Shown here piece by piece: positions 20,945 to 33,300 of a stretch of DNA of 64,000 bases. Position 1 is the first letter of the stretch. Every line of letters starts with the position of its first letter. Under the pieces are notes generated by a model. The model saw only the letters and a program-made list of their open reading frames with translations, did no database searches and was not told the origin of the DNA. The DNA comes from Treponema sp. (GTDB lineage: Bacteria > Spirochaetota > Spirochaetia > Treponematales > Breznakiellaceae): contig WQSQ01000001.1 of assembly GCA_009787775.1 (NCBI GenBank), positions 1,924-65,923 of the forward strand, given 5' to 3'. The translations under genes and the position numbers were made by a program.

Positions 20945-21493
20945 TTATTCCTGAATAACCGTAATAAATTGCGCTGTTCCGTCCATGGCGCACTGTCCGT
21001 GGGGAAGACGCGCGTCAAAATAAACAGAATCGCCCGGAGAAAGAATGTGATTATTTTTAGCTACAGTGATTTTTACCTGCCCTTCGACAACATAATTAAA
21101 CTCCTGCCCCGAATGAGATACAAGGGGAGCCGTAGGTCTTGAAGAATCAAGTGTTACAAGCAAAGGCTCCATATCCCTGTTTTTAAAGTTATAGGCAAGA
21201 CTGGAAAACTCATACCCGGGGTAACGTTCAATCCGCACTCCCTTGCCTTTGCGGCAGACTGCGGCGCTGTCCATCCTCGCCTCTTCGCCTGTAAGAAGGA
21301 CAGTAACATCAGTGCCGAGCCTTCCCGCTATTGTATACAGAACGCTGATCGGGATGTCAATCTCGCCTTTTTCATATTTATTATATGTATCGAAGGGAAT
21401 ACCGGTATCTTTTGCCATATCAAGCGCGCTTATTTCAAGGATTTCCCTTAGTTCCTTTATCCGTTCGGGAACATGGGCGGCTGTCTCGTTCAT
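20945..21493 (-). CDS. XRE-family HTH + cupin regulator
   Basis: N-terminal HTH, cupin HSGQEFNYV...YFDARLPH; usual partner of this synthetase. Confidence 0.9.
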   Translation of the reverse strand: MNETAAHVPERIKELREILEISALDMAKDTGIPFDTYNKYEKGEIDIPISVLYTIAGRLGTDVTVLLTGEEARMDSAAVCRKGKGVRIERYPGYEFSSLAYNFKNRDMEPLLVTLDSSRPTAPLVSHSGQEFNYVVEGQVKITVAKNNHILSPGDSVYFDARLPHGQCAMDGTAQFITVIQE

Positions 21494-21544
21494 ATATACT
21501 CCTTAATTATTACTGCGCAGGGTACTGTTAAATTAGGACGGCTT

Positions 21545-22372
21545 TTACAGGTAATTTTTCCAGTATCCGCCTGTTACGCGATCTTCACCGTCGCGGATTT
21601 CAACGGGGATTCTGACTTCTTCCGAACCGTTAAGCTTAAACCTTTCCGGCTCTTTTGAACCGCTGCGAAAATCTAACGTTTCATTATCCAACTTGATACC
21701 GGCGGCATTGTTATTCAGAATCATCTTAACATAATCAGAAATATTGTTCAGTTTTTTATCGGAATATACGCCGAAGGTTGCGCCGTAATAAACAGCGTTT
21801 GCGTCGTGGATATCTGTTCCCGCTGTAACAGGCTTTCCAAGTTTTTTTGCGTAATGGTAGGCAAGCGCGTCAAATGAAACATCCTCATGTCCGCCGTTGG
21901 CCGCTTCTATGCCGTCTACACAGCCTGCCGAAAGAACAACGCGGGGAATGTAGTAACGCTGCCTGAACGGGTGCGCCTGAACAACACAGCCGCCCGCTTG
22001 CCTGACTGCGCGGTACTGCTCGCCCCTTGTCCATTTGCGTACCTCAGGGTGTTCAAGAAGCCAGGCCTTATCAAGCCCGTAAATAAGATAATCATCGCAG
22101 CTTTCAAAGGTTTCTTCCCACCCGAAAAAAACGTCAAACCCCTGACGGTCACCTTCTTCCTTAGCCTCTTCATATCCCCTGCAAAATCGGTTTACCCAGT
22201 CATTCCACGGAAGCTTCCTAGACAGCGCGCAGTTCGCGTTATAAAAATGATCGGTTACAATCATGCCGGAGTAGCCTTTATCTATGTATGAAGTAATATA
22301 ATCAGCTCCCAGTGAGACAGCGCATTTGCTGACACCGGTTGTATGAAGATGTGTCTCGTAGAGGTATGCCAC
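21545..22372 (-). CDS. PHP-domain metallophosphoesterase
   Basis: ETHLHT, VTDH, QAHP, GTDIH; start moved to GTG 22372. Confidence 0.85.
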   Translation of the reverse strand: MAYLYETHLHTTGVSKCAVSLGADYITSYIDKGYSGMIVTDHFYNANCALSRKLPWNDWVNRFCRGYEEAKEEGDRQGFDVFFGWEETFESCDDYLIYGLDKAWLLEHPEVRKWTRGEQYRAVRQAGGCVVQAHPFRQRYYIPRVVLSAGCVDGIEAANGGHEDVSFDALAYHYAKKLGKPVTAGTDIHDANAVYYGATFGVYSDKKLNNISDYVKMILNNNAAGIKLDNETLDFRSGSKEPERFKLNGSEEVRIPVEIRDGEDRVTGGYWKNYL

Positions 22373-22526
22373 AATATTATTATACTGATATTCGTTTTTA
22401 TGAATAGAGGGAGATAAAGGCATATATTCAATTTTTATCGGCAGACAAACCAGAGCTTGGTTCGAATTAGGACCATTCCAGAACTTTCAGACCGACTATT
22501 TATGTTTTTTAAGAGCTACATTAGAT

Positions 22527-23459
22527 TTAATTGATTAATGCAACTTTTGTAGCGCGGTAACGCGGAGCGCCTTCGCGTTTACTGCGCTCTTCATCTGTTT
22601 CTACAGTGTACTTTACCTTCATACCGAATTTTATATCTGTAAAATCACAGTTAATAACCCTGCTGTAATGAAAGAAAACATTGTTGCACTCTTCATCTTT
22701 GATAAAACCAAAACCGTTTGGATTAATACTGTAGATTGTTGACGTTAGTTCCTCTGTTTCAGGAGCCGACTCATCAGGTTTTGCGCTGTATAAAGCGGCG
22801 GATCGTTCCTGGACTCTTTCTGTAACAAACAGGTCCTTTGTAAGGTCGTTGTCATTTTGATCAATTCGCTGATGCATGGGGACAGCGAAAAACACTTCGT
22901 CCTGTAATTGACGGGAAGTTTTGGTTTCCACTATATCACCGTTCTCGTTATGGTACGAAAAATCCCAGCAGATAAGCATTACCTGTGTTCCTACAGTGTG
23001 GAGTTTCCGGACAAGAGGAACATAATCGCCGTCTCCAGCTACAAGAACCAGAATGTCAAAATGTTTGTATATCGCAAGCTCATATGCTTCCAGTGCGAGC
23101 CATACATCAATTCCTTTTTCCTGAACAGTGTTATTGTCGCCGAAGCGCAGCGGCAGATAATGGCTGACAATATTCTCCCTCATAAGGATATCTTCAAAGA
23201 TTCGTTCGTTTTGCACCTTCTCGCCCAGCTCTTTTGCAGACGATCTTCCCTTGAAATAATGAGCGTCTATTATCCTGCACTGGCGGATATCAGTTTTTGT
23301 AAGGGATGCTGCTTCACTTCTAATAAAATCATGAAGACCGCTGATACTTATTCGTGATTTTCTTTCATGTTCGTATTTATAATAATTGCTTACTTTATAG
23401 AAATAATAACCGTCATAAAAAATACCTATTCTTAATATATCAAGGGGATTCTTTTCCAT
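22527..23459 (-). CDS. NYN (PIN-like) ribonuclease domain fused to a C-terminal cold-shock domain
   Basis: IFYDGYY, EKGIDV, GDGDYVPL; C-terminal GFGFI and VFFHYS RNP motifs. Confidence 0.88.
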   Translation of the reverse strand: MEKNPLDILRIGIFYDGYYFYKVSNYYKYEHERKSRISISGLHDFIRSEAASLTKTDIRQCRIIDAHYFKGRSSAKELGEKVQNERIFEDILMRENIVSHYLPLRFGDNNTVQEKGIDVWLALEAYELAIYKHFDILVLVAGDGDYVPLVRKLHTVGTQVMLICWDFSYHNENGDIVETKTSRQLQDEVFFAVPMHQRIDQNDNDLTKDLFVTERVQERSAALYSAKPDESAPETEELTSTIYSINPNGFGFIKDEECNNVFFHYSRVINCDFTDIKFGMKVKYTVETDEERSKREGAPRYRATKVALIN

Positions 23460-23533
23460 ACTGTATATCTTATCTCAATATATTGAATTAATCCATAATA
23501 ACTGAGCTTGTTCCAAAAGCTTCTACTAATAAA

Positions 23534-24241
23534 CTAATAAACAGCAAAAGGGATTATCTCTGTAATCTGCACCCTGAAACGTGCTGATACAACCCAGCGG
23601 CCTGATTCAATATAATAACGGGGAAACGAAGCAAGGCTTATTAGCCCTGTTACTTCCTTTGGACGGTTTCTTTCGCTTGCCTGCAATAACGCTCGCAGCG
23701 CTGTCTTTGCGGCGTCTTCAAGCGCCATCTTCTTAAGCTCAATCCAGCCGGGGTATTCATCAATATCGGACGGGCCGTAACCGATTGACTGCGCGTTTAC
23801 GATTGTTCCGGTTCGCCACAGCTGATAGCGGCGCTGTAAAGCTTCGCTTAAACGGTAATCAGCCCACACCCTCAGCTGCATATCTTTTATTAACGTATCC
23901 GTTACTCGCAAAGCAGGATCGCCGTATTGAATCGTTCCGATCTGTTCAAGTTCAATGGCTTCTGCAATACCCCTCGCTTTCTCTCCAACTTCGTAATTAA
24001 ATGACCAGCCGTAAATCATGGCGGAGAAGAACAAAGACAGCTCATCGAGGGATCTCCGTCCCGCTGTTTGAATATCAAGAGGGTATTCATCGTCAATATG
24101 GCCTATGTAGATCGGTTCTAAATCAACATATACTTCGCCGCGGATAACATCGGAATGCTGGCTCCATTCAGACCCTTGAGCGTATAATGAAAGAGGATTA
24201 AAAATAACAAGAAGCAGTGAAAGGCTCAGGCAGAGTTTCAT
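23534..24241 (-). CDS. Hypothetical exported protein
   Basis: Signal peptide, 235-aa open frame. Confidence 0.75.
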   Translation of the reverse strand: MKLCLSLSLLLVIFNPLSLYAQGSEWSQHSDVIRGEVYVDLEPIYIGHIDDEYPLDIQTAGRRSLDELSLFFSAMIYGWSFNYEVGEKARGIAEAIELEQIGTIQYGDPALRVTDTLIKDMQLRVWADYRLSEALQRRYQLWRTGTIVNAQSIGYGPSDIDEYPGWIELKKMALEDAAKTALRALLQASERNRPKEVTGLISLASFPRYYIESGRWVVSARFRVQITEIIPFAVY

Positions 24242-24266
24242 ACATTAGTATCGGTACTATTTAATA

Positions 24267-25067
24267 TTAACCTAATTCTATTGAACGTCTCCATGACGCT
24301 TCCACAGCCTTAATTACAGTACTGCGAAACGCTCCCTCTTCAAGAGCGGCAACTCCGGCAATGGTAGTGCCGCCTGGAGATGTTACCATATCCTTTAGCT
24401 CTCCGGGGTGCTTTCCTGTTTCCTGAAGCATTGCCGCGGCTCCAAGTACTGTCTGGGAGGCATAAGATAGCGCTTTATCCCTTGGGAGGCCTGCGCGTAC
24501 TCCTCCGTCCGCCAATGCTTCCATGAACAAGTAAACATATGCCGGTCCTGATCCAGAAAGCCCTGTAACAGCGTCCATGTATTTCTCTTCTATAAGGTCG
24601 ACAATACCCGTATTGTCCAGTATGTTCTTAAGCTCGCCGGCTTTATCCTGCGGGACTTCCCGTGATACCGACATCGCGATCATTCCCTTTCCTATCAGTG
24701 CGGGAGTATTGGGCATTATGCGCACTACAGGCGCTTTTTCTCCGAGCGTTTCCTGTATCCTGGCTATCGTCCAGCCTGCCGCCATCGAAACAAGCACCGG
24801 AGCGCTTAACCTTTTCCTTTTCTTTACAGCAGGCGCGATTTCGGTTAACACATGCTGTAAGACCTGCGGTTTAACTGCAAGGAAGACAAAATCGCCTTTT
24901 GCCGCGGCTTCTGTATTGGAATCCAAAACCTTTGCTCTCAGGGCTTGTGCCGCCTGATTTGCTTTGTGCATATCTGTATCTGTAACAAGAATCTCGTATT
25001 CTTCGGAGACAGCTCCCATTAAGGCAATACCCATATTGCCGCTTCCTATACATGTTATCGTACTCAT
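24267..25067 (-). CDS. proC: Pyrroline-5-carboxylate reductase
   Basis: GSGNMG, AVKPQ, RIMPNTP, SGSGPAY, VTSPGGTT. Confidence 0.96.
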   Translation of the reverse strand: MSTITCIGSGNMGIALMGAVSEEYEILVTDTDMHKANQAAQALRAKVLDSNTEAAAKGDFVFLAVKPQVLQHVLTEIAPAVKKRKRLSAPVLVSMAAGWTIARIQETLGEKAPVVRIMPNTPALIGKGMIAMSVSREVPQDKAGELKNILDNTGIVDLIEEKYMDAVTGLSGSGPAYVYLFMEALADGGVRAGLPRDKALSYASQTVLGAAAMLQETGKHPGELKDMVTSPGGTTIAGVAALEEGAFRSTVIKAVEASWRRSIELG

Positions 25068-25084
25068 ATTTACCTCTTATCGCA

Positions 25085-25116
25085 GCCTGTCCGTAATGCG
25101 TACATTACAGGCAGGC
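25085..25116. repeat. REP-like palindrome (GYCTGTC...GRCAGRC family)
   Basis: GCCTGTCCGTAATG-CGTA-CATTACAGGCAGGC; related copies at 37633, 47643, 47724. Confidence 0.6.
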
Positions 25117-25121
25117 AATGA

Positions 25122-26117
25122 TTAATCAATTCCCGCTGCTTTACGGAAACGTTTTACCGTAGCGGCGGCAATAGGGCGCGCTTTTTCCGCTCCCTGCTTA
25201 AGTATTCTGTCCAGAGACGGAATGTCGGACATAATCGCGTCATAACGCTCACGGATGGGCGAAAGGCAGCGGTTTACAGCGCTGAAGAGTTCTTCCTTTG
25301 CCTCTCCCCAGCCCATGCCTCCAGCCCGGTAACGCTCTGCAAGAGCTGCCTGTCCGCTTTCATCAGCGAACAGCTTATACAGCTGGAAAATCTGGCTTGT
25401 ATCAGGGTCTTTAGGCTCCTGTACAGACTGCGAATTGGTTGTAATGCGCATAATTGTCTTATGCAGCGCTTTCTCGGACGCGAAAAGCGGAATGACATTC
25501 CCGTAACTCTTGCTCATTTTGCGCCCGTCAAGACCTGGCACGACAGCAGTATTGTCCTGAACCCCCGCCTGCGGAACTTTAAGTACCTGCTGTCCGTAAT
25601 TAGCGTTTACCGACTGCGCCATATCCTGCGCCATTTCAATGTGCTGCACCTGATCCCTGCCGACAGGAACAATATCCGAATCAAAGATTATGATATCGGC
25701 AGCCATTAACACAGGGTATGTGAAAAGGCCCATATTGATACCCGCATCGGTATCATCGCCGCGTTCCGTGTTCTCCTGAACAGCGGCCTTGTAGGCGTGA
25801 GCGCGGTTCATAAGCCCCTTGGCGGTAAAGGCCATCAGCATCGCTGTAAGCTCAAAGACTTCGGGGATGGAACTCTGCCTGTAGAAAATAACTTTCTCAG
25901 GATCGAGACCGCAGGCAAGCCAGCCCGCGGCAACCTGTCTGATTGTAAAGTTAAGTTCCTTAGAATTCTTCATTGTGTTAAGCGCGTGATAGTCCGCGAT
26001 GAAATAGCGCGCGTCATACTCCTTTGCAAGTTCCAGTGCGGGCTTTATAGCGCCGAAATAGTTTCCGATGTGGAGGTCGCCTGTAGGCTTAATGCCTGTA
26101 AGGGATATCTTCTTCAT
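25122..26117 (-). CDS. trpS: Tryptophan--tRNA ligase
   Basis: HIGN, KMSKS, YPVLMAADI, VPVGRDQ. Confidence 0.97.
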   Translation of the reverse strand: MKKISLTGIKPTGDLHIGNYFGAIKPALELAKEYDARYFIADYHALNTMKNSKELNFTIRQVAAGWLACGLDPEKVIFYRQSSIPEVFELTAMLMAFTAKGLMNRAHAYKAAVQENTERGDDTDAGINMGLFTYPVLMAADIIIFDSDIVPVGRDQVQHIEMAQDMAQSVNANYGQQVLKVPQAGVQDNTAVVPGLDGRKMSKSYGNVIPLFASEKALHKTIMRITTNSQSVQEPKDPDTSQIFQLYKLFADESGQAALAERYRAGGMGWGEAKEELFSAVNRCLSPIRERYDAIMSDIPSLDRILKQGAEKARPIAAATVKRFRKAAGID

Positions 26118-26169
26118 ATTAATAATGTAGTAATTAACAGCATAATTGTAAATGGATTGCCTGGTTTAA

Positions 26170-27333
<1,164 letters not shown>

Positions 27334-27343
27334 TATGCCGTTT

Positions 27344-27467
27344 TCTTGCAGAGGCGCACAGAGCGCAGGGAATGTTTGGTTATCATTGTCCGTGCTTGAT
27401 TGAGCGGCACCGTGTTTTTGAGCATTGATTTCCATATTGTCTGCGTTGTCTCTGCGCCTGTGCGTGA
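27344..27467. repeat. ~124-bp MITE-like element with imperfect terminal inverted repeats of GCAGAGRC-type octamers
   Basis: Left TCTTGCAGAGGCGCACAGAG versus reverse complement of right arm TCACGCACAGGCGCAGAGAC. Confidence 0.55.
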
Positions 27468-27496
27468 TAATTGAGTAAGTTTAGGGGGATATTGTA

Positions 27497-28759
27497 ATGA
27501 TTAAAACAGTTAAGTCCGTTGACCTGAAAGGTAAAAGAGTAATAATGCGCGTTGACTTTAACGTTCCGATGAAAGACGGCGTTGTACAGGACGATACGCG
27601 TATAGTTGCGGCGGTGCCGACAATTAAATACATTCTTGAGCAGGGAGCCAAGTCTCTTACGCTTATGTCGCATCTGGGCGATCCTTCCAAGGACGCAAAG
27701 AAGGCGAAAGAAAAAGCTGATAAGGACGGCAGACCTTTTGACGAAGACAAATACATTAAAGGCAAGCACCGTATGGCTCCTGTCGCCGCGTACCTTCAAA
27801 CCAAACTTGGAAAGCCTGTTATATTCGCAGGCGAGGATAGCTGCTACGGAAAGAAAACCTTTATCGAGAGTCAGGCTGACGGTTCATGTATAATGCTTGA
27901 GAATACCCGTTTCCATAAGGAGGAGACATCAACTGACGCGGCAGCTTTGGATAAGCTTGCGAAAGAGCTCGCTTCCTACGGCGAAGTCTTTGTTAATGAC
28001 GCGTTTGGTACTGCTCACCGGGATCACGCTTCAACAGCATCAATCGCCAAATTTGTACCGGTATCTGTCGCCGGTTTTCTCATGCAAAAAGAGTGCGATT
28101 ATCTTGAACCGATTGTTACAAACCCTCAGAAGCCGTTAGTCGCGATTATAGGAGGCGCGAAAGTTTCCTCCAAGATAGCTGTGCTTGAAAGTCTTTTAAA
28201 GAATGCGAGTGCGCTTATTATCGGCGGCGGCATGGCATATACCTTCCTTAAAGCGCAGGGGTATAAGATCGGGAAATCATTGGTTGAAGACGATCAGATC
28301 GGCACTGCGAACAAGATTCTGACGGCGGCAAAAAGCGCAGGGGTACAGATAGTGCTTCCCCTGGATCATGTCGCGGCGACTTCGTTTGACGCCGCTTCCG
28401 CTCCTGTCCCTGTTGACGAGCTTGATCTTCCCGATTCAATGCTGGGTCTTGATGTGGGAAAGAAGACACTCGCAAAGTACAGAGAGGTACTCGTCGGTGT
28501 AAAAACAATAGTGTGGAACGGTCCAGTCGGCGTCTTTGAATTTGACGCTTTTGCAAAAGGTACCGAAGAAGTCGCGAAAATGGTAGCAGAGGCAACCTCC
28601 AAAGGCGTAATCACAGTAGTCGGCGGCGGAGATTCTGTCGCGGCAGTAAACAAGTTTAATCTTGCTGATAAAATGAGCCATGTTTCCACAGGCGGCGGCG
28701 CTTCGCTTGAACTTTTGGAAGGCAAAAAGCTCCCTGGTATTGAAGTTTGCAGAGGATAA
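27497..28759 (+). CDS. pgk: Phosphoglycerate kinase
   Basis: RVDFNVP, NDAFGTAHR, GGAKVSSK, WNGPVGVFE, STGGGASL. Confidence 0.98.
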   Translation: MIKTVKSVDLKGKRVIMRVDFNVPMKDGVVQDDTRIVAAVPTIKYILEQGAKSLTLMSHLGDPSKDAKKAKEKADKDGRPFDEDKYIKGKHRMAPVAAYLQTKLGKPVIFAGEDSCYGKKTFIESQADGSCIMLENTRFHKEETSTDAAALDKLAKELASYGEVFVNDAFGTAHRDHASTASIAKFVPVSVAGFLMQKECDYLEPIVTNPQKPLVAIIGGAKVSSKIAVLESLLKNASALIIGGGMAYTFLKAQGYKIGKSLVEDDQIGTANKILTAAKSAGVQIVLPLDHVAATSFDAASAPVPVDELDLPDSMLGLDVGKKTLAKYREVLVGVKTIVWNGPVGVFEFDAFAKGTEEVAKMVAEATSKGVITVVGGGDSVAAVNKFNLADKMSHVSTGGGASLELLEGKKLPGIEVCRG

Positions 28760-28763
28760 AACA

Positions 28764-29516
28764 ATGAGCAGAAATTATTACATGGCGGGTAACTGGAAAA
28801 TGCACTTGACCCGCGGTGATGCCGCGCAGCTGGCGCAAGACCTTGTTACCCAGCTTAGGGACGGGAAACATAAATATCTTGTCGCGCCTTCTTTTACGTT
28901 ACTCGAAACTGTGAGTGCTATTGTCGAAGGTACTAATATCAGACTTGGAGCACAAAACTGCGCAAGTGAAGAGCAGGGCGCGCATACAGGCGAAGTATCT
29001 GTATTGCAGCTTAAAGACCTTGGAGTGCAGACTATCATACTTGGACACAGCGAAAGACGTCATATCTATAAGGAAGATGACGCGCTTATTAATAAGAAGG
29101 TCAAGCTCGCTCTTAAGCACGGGTTCGAGGTAATTCTCTGTATCGGAGAACTGTTGCAGGAACGCGAATCCGGTAAAGTTGAGGAAGTCTGTGAAAGTCA
29201 GACCGTAAAAGGCCTTGAAGGAGTAAGCGCTTCGGATTTGAACAATGTTATTATTGCTTATGAGCCTGTTTGGGCAATTGGAACAGGAAAAACAGCGACG
29301 CCTGAGGACGCGGAAGCGGTTCATTCTTTTGTCCGTAAAGTAATAGCCCGTCTTTACGGAGAAGATGCGGCGGCAAAGATCATTATACAATATGGCGGTT
29401 CTGTTAAACCGGATAACGCGGCGCAGTTAATGGCAATGAAAAATATCGACGGCGCGCTTGTCGGAGGCGCTTCGCTTAAAACAGACAGTTTTATTCCTAT
29501 TGCCAAGTTTTCATGA
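28764..29516 (+). CDS. tpiA: Triosephosphate isomerase
   Basis: AGNWKM, GHSERR, AYEPVWAIGTG, YGGSV; start moved to ATG 28764. Confidence 0.98.
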   Translation: MSRNYYMAGNWKMHLTRGDAAQLAQDLVTQLRDGKHKYLVAPSFTLLETVSAIVEGTNIRLGAQNCASEEQGAHTGEVSVLQLKDLGVQTIILGHSERRHIYKEDDALINKKVKLALKHGFEVILCIGELLQERESGKVEEVCESQTVKGLEGVSASDLNNVIIAYEPVWAIGTGKTATPEDAEAVHSFVRKVIARLYGEDAAAKIIIQYGGSVKPDNAAQLMAMKNIDGALVGGASLKTDSFIPIAKFS

Positions 29517-29568
29517 AAATGACAATATAAAGGATACATTTCTCAGTGTAATGATTTAGGAGAGATTT

Positions 29569-30177
29569 TTGTCATTTTTTTGTCTGTTGTGGGTTCCCCT
29601 GTTTTACTTTCTTCGTAAAGCTATTACAGGCGCAAATGCTTCTCTGGGAGGCATTTGGGCCTTAATTTTCGGCAGTGTTATAGCGGTTATTCAATTCTTC
29701 CTGGGTTACTTTGTCAGTCCGGGAGGCTTTGGATTAAACCGCTGGATTTTTGGCTTTGTAGATATTGTAAGCGTTCCGGTTCTTGTACCTTTATTGATTT
29801 ATTTAGTTATTTTTATTTTAAAAGGCTTTTCAAGAGAGGTTGATTTCGCGTGCTTTGCTCTGTTATGGCTAATTCCCTGGGGTGCAATGCGCGCGTTAAC
29901 ATGGAGCGCGTTAAACGATCCTATTCTGCTTGTTTCAGTTCCGCTCTTATGGACAGCTCTTGCTGCAGGTATTTCATTCTTTACTAATTGGATGATAACA
30001 AACTTCAAGTGGTACTCAGCTCTTGTATCGATTCTCTGTATTCTGGCTCTTCCGTTATTAGCCGCTTCAGCTTACTGGGCGTTTTTTTCCCAGCAGACAT
30101 TAACAGGATTTATTTTATTATTTATCGCGTATATTCCAGTAATATTTTCCTTTATATTTGAGCGGCATAAAAACTGA
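29569..30177 (+). CDS. Hypothetical integral membrane protein
   Basis: About 6-7 hydrophobic segments; TTG start with GGAG RBS. Confidence 0.75.
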   Translation: MSFFCLLWVPLFYFLRKAITGANASLGGIWALIFGSVIAVIQFFLGYFVSPGGFGLNRWIFGFVDIVSVPVLVPLLIYLVIFILKGFSREVDFACFALLWLIPWGAMRALTWSALNDPILLVSVPLLWTALAAGISFFTNWMITNFKWYSALVSILCILALPLLAASAYWAFFSQQTLTGFILLFIAYIPVIFSFIFERHKN

Positions 30178-30320
30178 TTATAATATGTGTATGTATATAA
30201 CACATCGCCTTTCGGTAAAGCGCTCATACAGGTGTTCTAATTAAGAAACAGGTAAATAACAAGTCAAAATGGCTTTATTAATGCCTTGAATCAACCTTTT
30301 AACCTTGTTAAACTTATAAA

Positions 30321-33300
30321 ATGCACGATCAAAGTCAAAAATCACTGGGTATAAATATCGGCTCAACAAGCCTTAAAATGGTTATTTTAGAAAATAATAA
30401 TGTCGTTTGGAGCGCTTCAACTCCACATGAAGGTGATTTTAACGCGGCAGTTCATAAACTTTTAGCTGATGGAAAAATAGAAAATGGACTCCCAGCGCTT
30501 GTTACAGGCAATGAAGGCCGGTTTATGTTTGATGTCAGCGGTACTTTGGAGCCGTTATGTGTAGAAGCTGCTCTGCGTAATCTTGAAATAAAAGCTGACG
30601 CGGTTGTCAGCATGGGCGGCGAAGATTTGATTGTCTACTCGCTGGACACAAGCGGCAAGATTATAAACAGTTTTTCCGGTAATAAATGCGCAAGCGGAAC
30701 CGGCGAGTTTCTCAAGCAGCAGCTTGCCCGCATGGACATGACTCTAAATGATATAGACAAGGTGTCTGATACAGCGAAAGTACATGCTCTTTCCACACGC
30801 TGCTCGGTATTCATGAAGAGCGACTGCACCCACAGGCTTAATAAACGCGAAGCGACTAAAGATGACATTGTCCTCTCTCTTTCCGATGTTATGGCGGTTA
30901 AAGTAATCGACTTTCTGAAACGCGCGAAAGTGACATCGGGAAGGGTAGTGCTGACAGGCGGAATCACCCTGAACCGCCACATTATCCGTTTTATCCGGGA
31001 GAAAGCTCCTTCAATTGAGTTTATCATTCCTCAATCTGCGCCTGTGTTCGAAGCGCTTGGCGCCGCTGTTATGGCACCTAAATCTGGAAGTAAATTACCA
31101 GCGGCTGAAAAACTATTGCGAACGAATGATGTGCGCTTCGGCACATTGGGCGCGTTGCGTGATTGGAAAGACAAGGTAAAAGTATTTGAGAAATCTGGAG
31201 ATGCTTCAGGCAGAAAGGTAAGAGCGGATCGCGCTTACATACTCGGTGTTGACGGCGGCTCTACAACAACAAAGGCGTGCCTTGTCGACATGGAAACCGA
31301 TGAAATTACAGCGAGCCATTACGGGCGTACTCACGGTGATCCTGTTAAGGCATTAAAGGAATGTTTAAAAATCATTCAGGATAAATTAATCGCCGACACG
31401 GGCAGCAAGGAAATTGATATCCGTCTTGTTTCCGCAACAGGTTCAAGCCGCGAAATACTCGGCGTATTTTTGGAAACTCCTGGCGTTTACAACGAAATTA
31501 TCGCTCACTCTGTCGGGACAACATACTTTGACAAAGAAGTGGAAACGATTTTTGAAATAGGCGGGCAGGACGCGAAATATGTCCTCCTTAAAAACGGAGT
31601 GCCCATTGATTACGCGATGAACGAAGCGTGCTCCGCCGGAACAGGTTCCTTTTTGGAAGAATCCGCCGCGGGAGACCTTTCTATTCACCGTGCTGCCGAT
31701 ATCGGCCCTATCGCGTTGGACGCCGCCTCACCGTGTAAATTCGGCGAACACTGTTCAGCTTTTATCAACAGTGATATCCGCAAAGCGGTGCAGCAGGGTG
31801 CAGGCAGGGAAAATATCACAGCAGGGATTGTCTGCTCTATAGTAGCGAATTATCTTAACCGCGTTGTAGGAAACCGCACCATCGGCGGGAAGATTTTTCT
31901 TCAGGGAGGAGTCGCCAAAAACCCGGCAGTTCCTCTTGCGTTCGCGATGCTTTTAAACAAGGAGATACTTGTTCCTCCTTCACCGGAACTTATGGGCTGT
32001 TTCGGAGTAGCCCTCCTTGCAAAGCGTAAACGGGACGAAGGCTTGTTAACTGAGCAAAGCATAGTGTTAGACGAAATCATTAACCGTGAAATCGGTTACG
32101 AAAGAGTCTTCGCGTGCCAGTCCTGTGAAAACCTCTGCCCGATTCAGGTGTTAAATGTAAACAACCACAAGTACATGTTCGGCGGCCGCTGTAATAAATA
32201 CACAAACATGCGTAAGCAGGTAAAAGATGTCCCTGTTTTTGACTATGTCGGGAAAAGACAGAAGATGTTATTCGAAGAATTTTCCGCACCATGTTTTTCT
32301 GAAGAAGATTCCCGCCGTGTTTGTGCGTCTTTGCGGGAAAATATATCAAGGAATTTTATTATCGGTATTCCCCGCGCATTCTCGGTACACACTCTTTATC
32401 CGCTTTATAGCTGGTTCTTTCATGAATTGGGAATAAAAACATTTCTTTCTACCGAGGTCGCTCATGCGGGGGTTGCGCGGGCTGAGGCGCAGTACTGTTT
32501 CCCAGCGGAGATTGCGCACGGCGCCATTCAGGACTGCCTTGACAAGGGAGCGGATTATGTTCTGCTTCCTCATTTCCGCGATATGCCAAGTTATGAGGAA
32601 AAAGTGCACGCAAACTTCTGTCCCATAACGCAGGCACTTCCGTACTACATGGAAAAGGCGTTTCCCGATATTAATAAAAAAAAGTGGCTGCCGCTTGTCG
32701 TAAGTTTTAAATTCGGCGAAGGCAAGGCTCTGGAACTCTTCTGCGAAATGACAAAAATTTTAGGCATCAGCGAAGCGGAAACAAAGGCGGCTTTTGATAT
32801 TGCTCTTGCAAAGCAAAAGGAATATTTTTCCGCAGCGGAGAAAATGGGGCTTGAGGCTTTAGAGGATGCGCGCAAGGCAAACCGCCCTGTTATCGCTCTT
32901 TTGGGCAGGCCGTACAATGCGTTCACGCCGGAAGCGAACATGGGTATTCCGCGTAAATTTACAACCAGAGGCTATTCAATCATCCCGTTTGATATACTGC
33001 CGTTCCGCAATGAGACTATTTTCCCCAATATGTACTGGTTTTACGGTCAGCAGGACTTAAAGGCGGCAAGCCTCCTAAAAAAAGAAGACAATATCTATCT
33101 TACGTTCATTTCCAACTTTTCATGCGCGCCTGACTCTTTCATTCTTCACTACGTTAAATGGATGATGGGACAAAAACCCTTCCTTGTACTTGAGCTTGAT
33201 TCTCACTCGGCGGATGCGGGAGTAGATACGCGCGTTGAGGCATTCCTCGACATTATCGACGGTTACCGCGCGAAGAAAAACGAAGCCGAAGCGCAGCGTT

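Noticed and set aside
27680-27770. Lys-rich insertion in PGK
   Set aside because: No repeat signature at DNA level; likely an ordinary lineage feature
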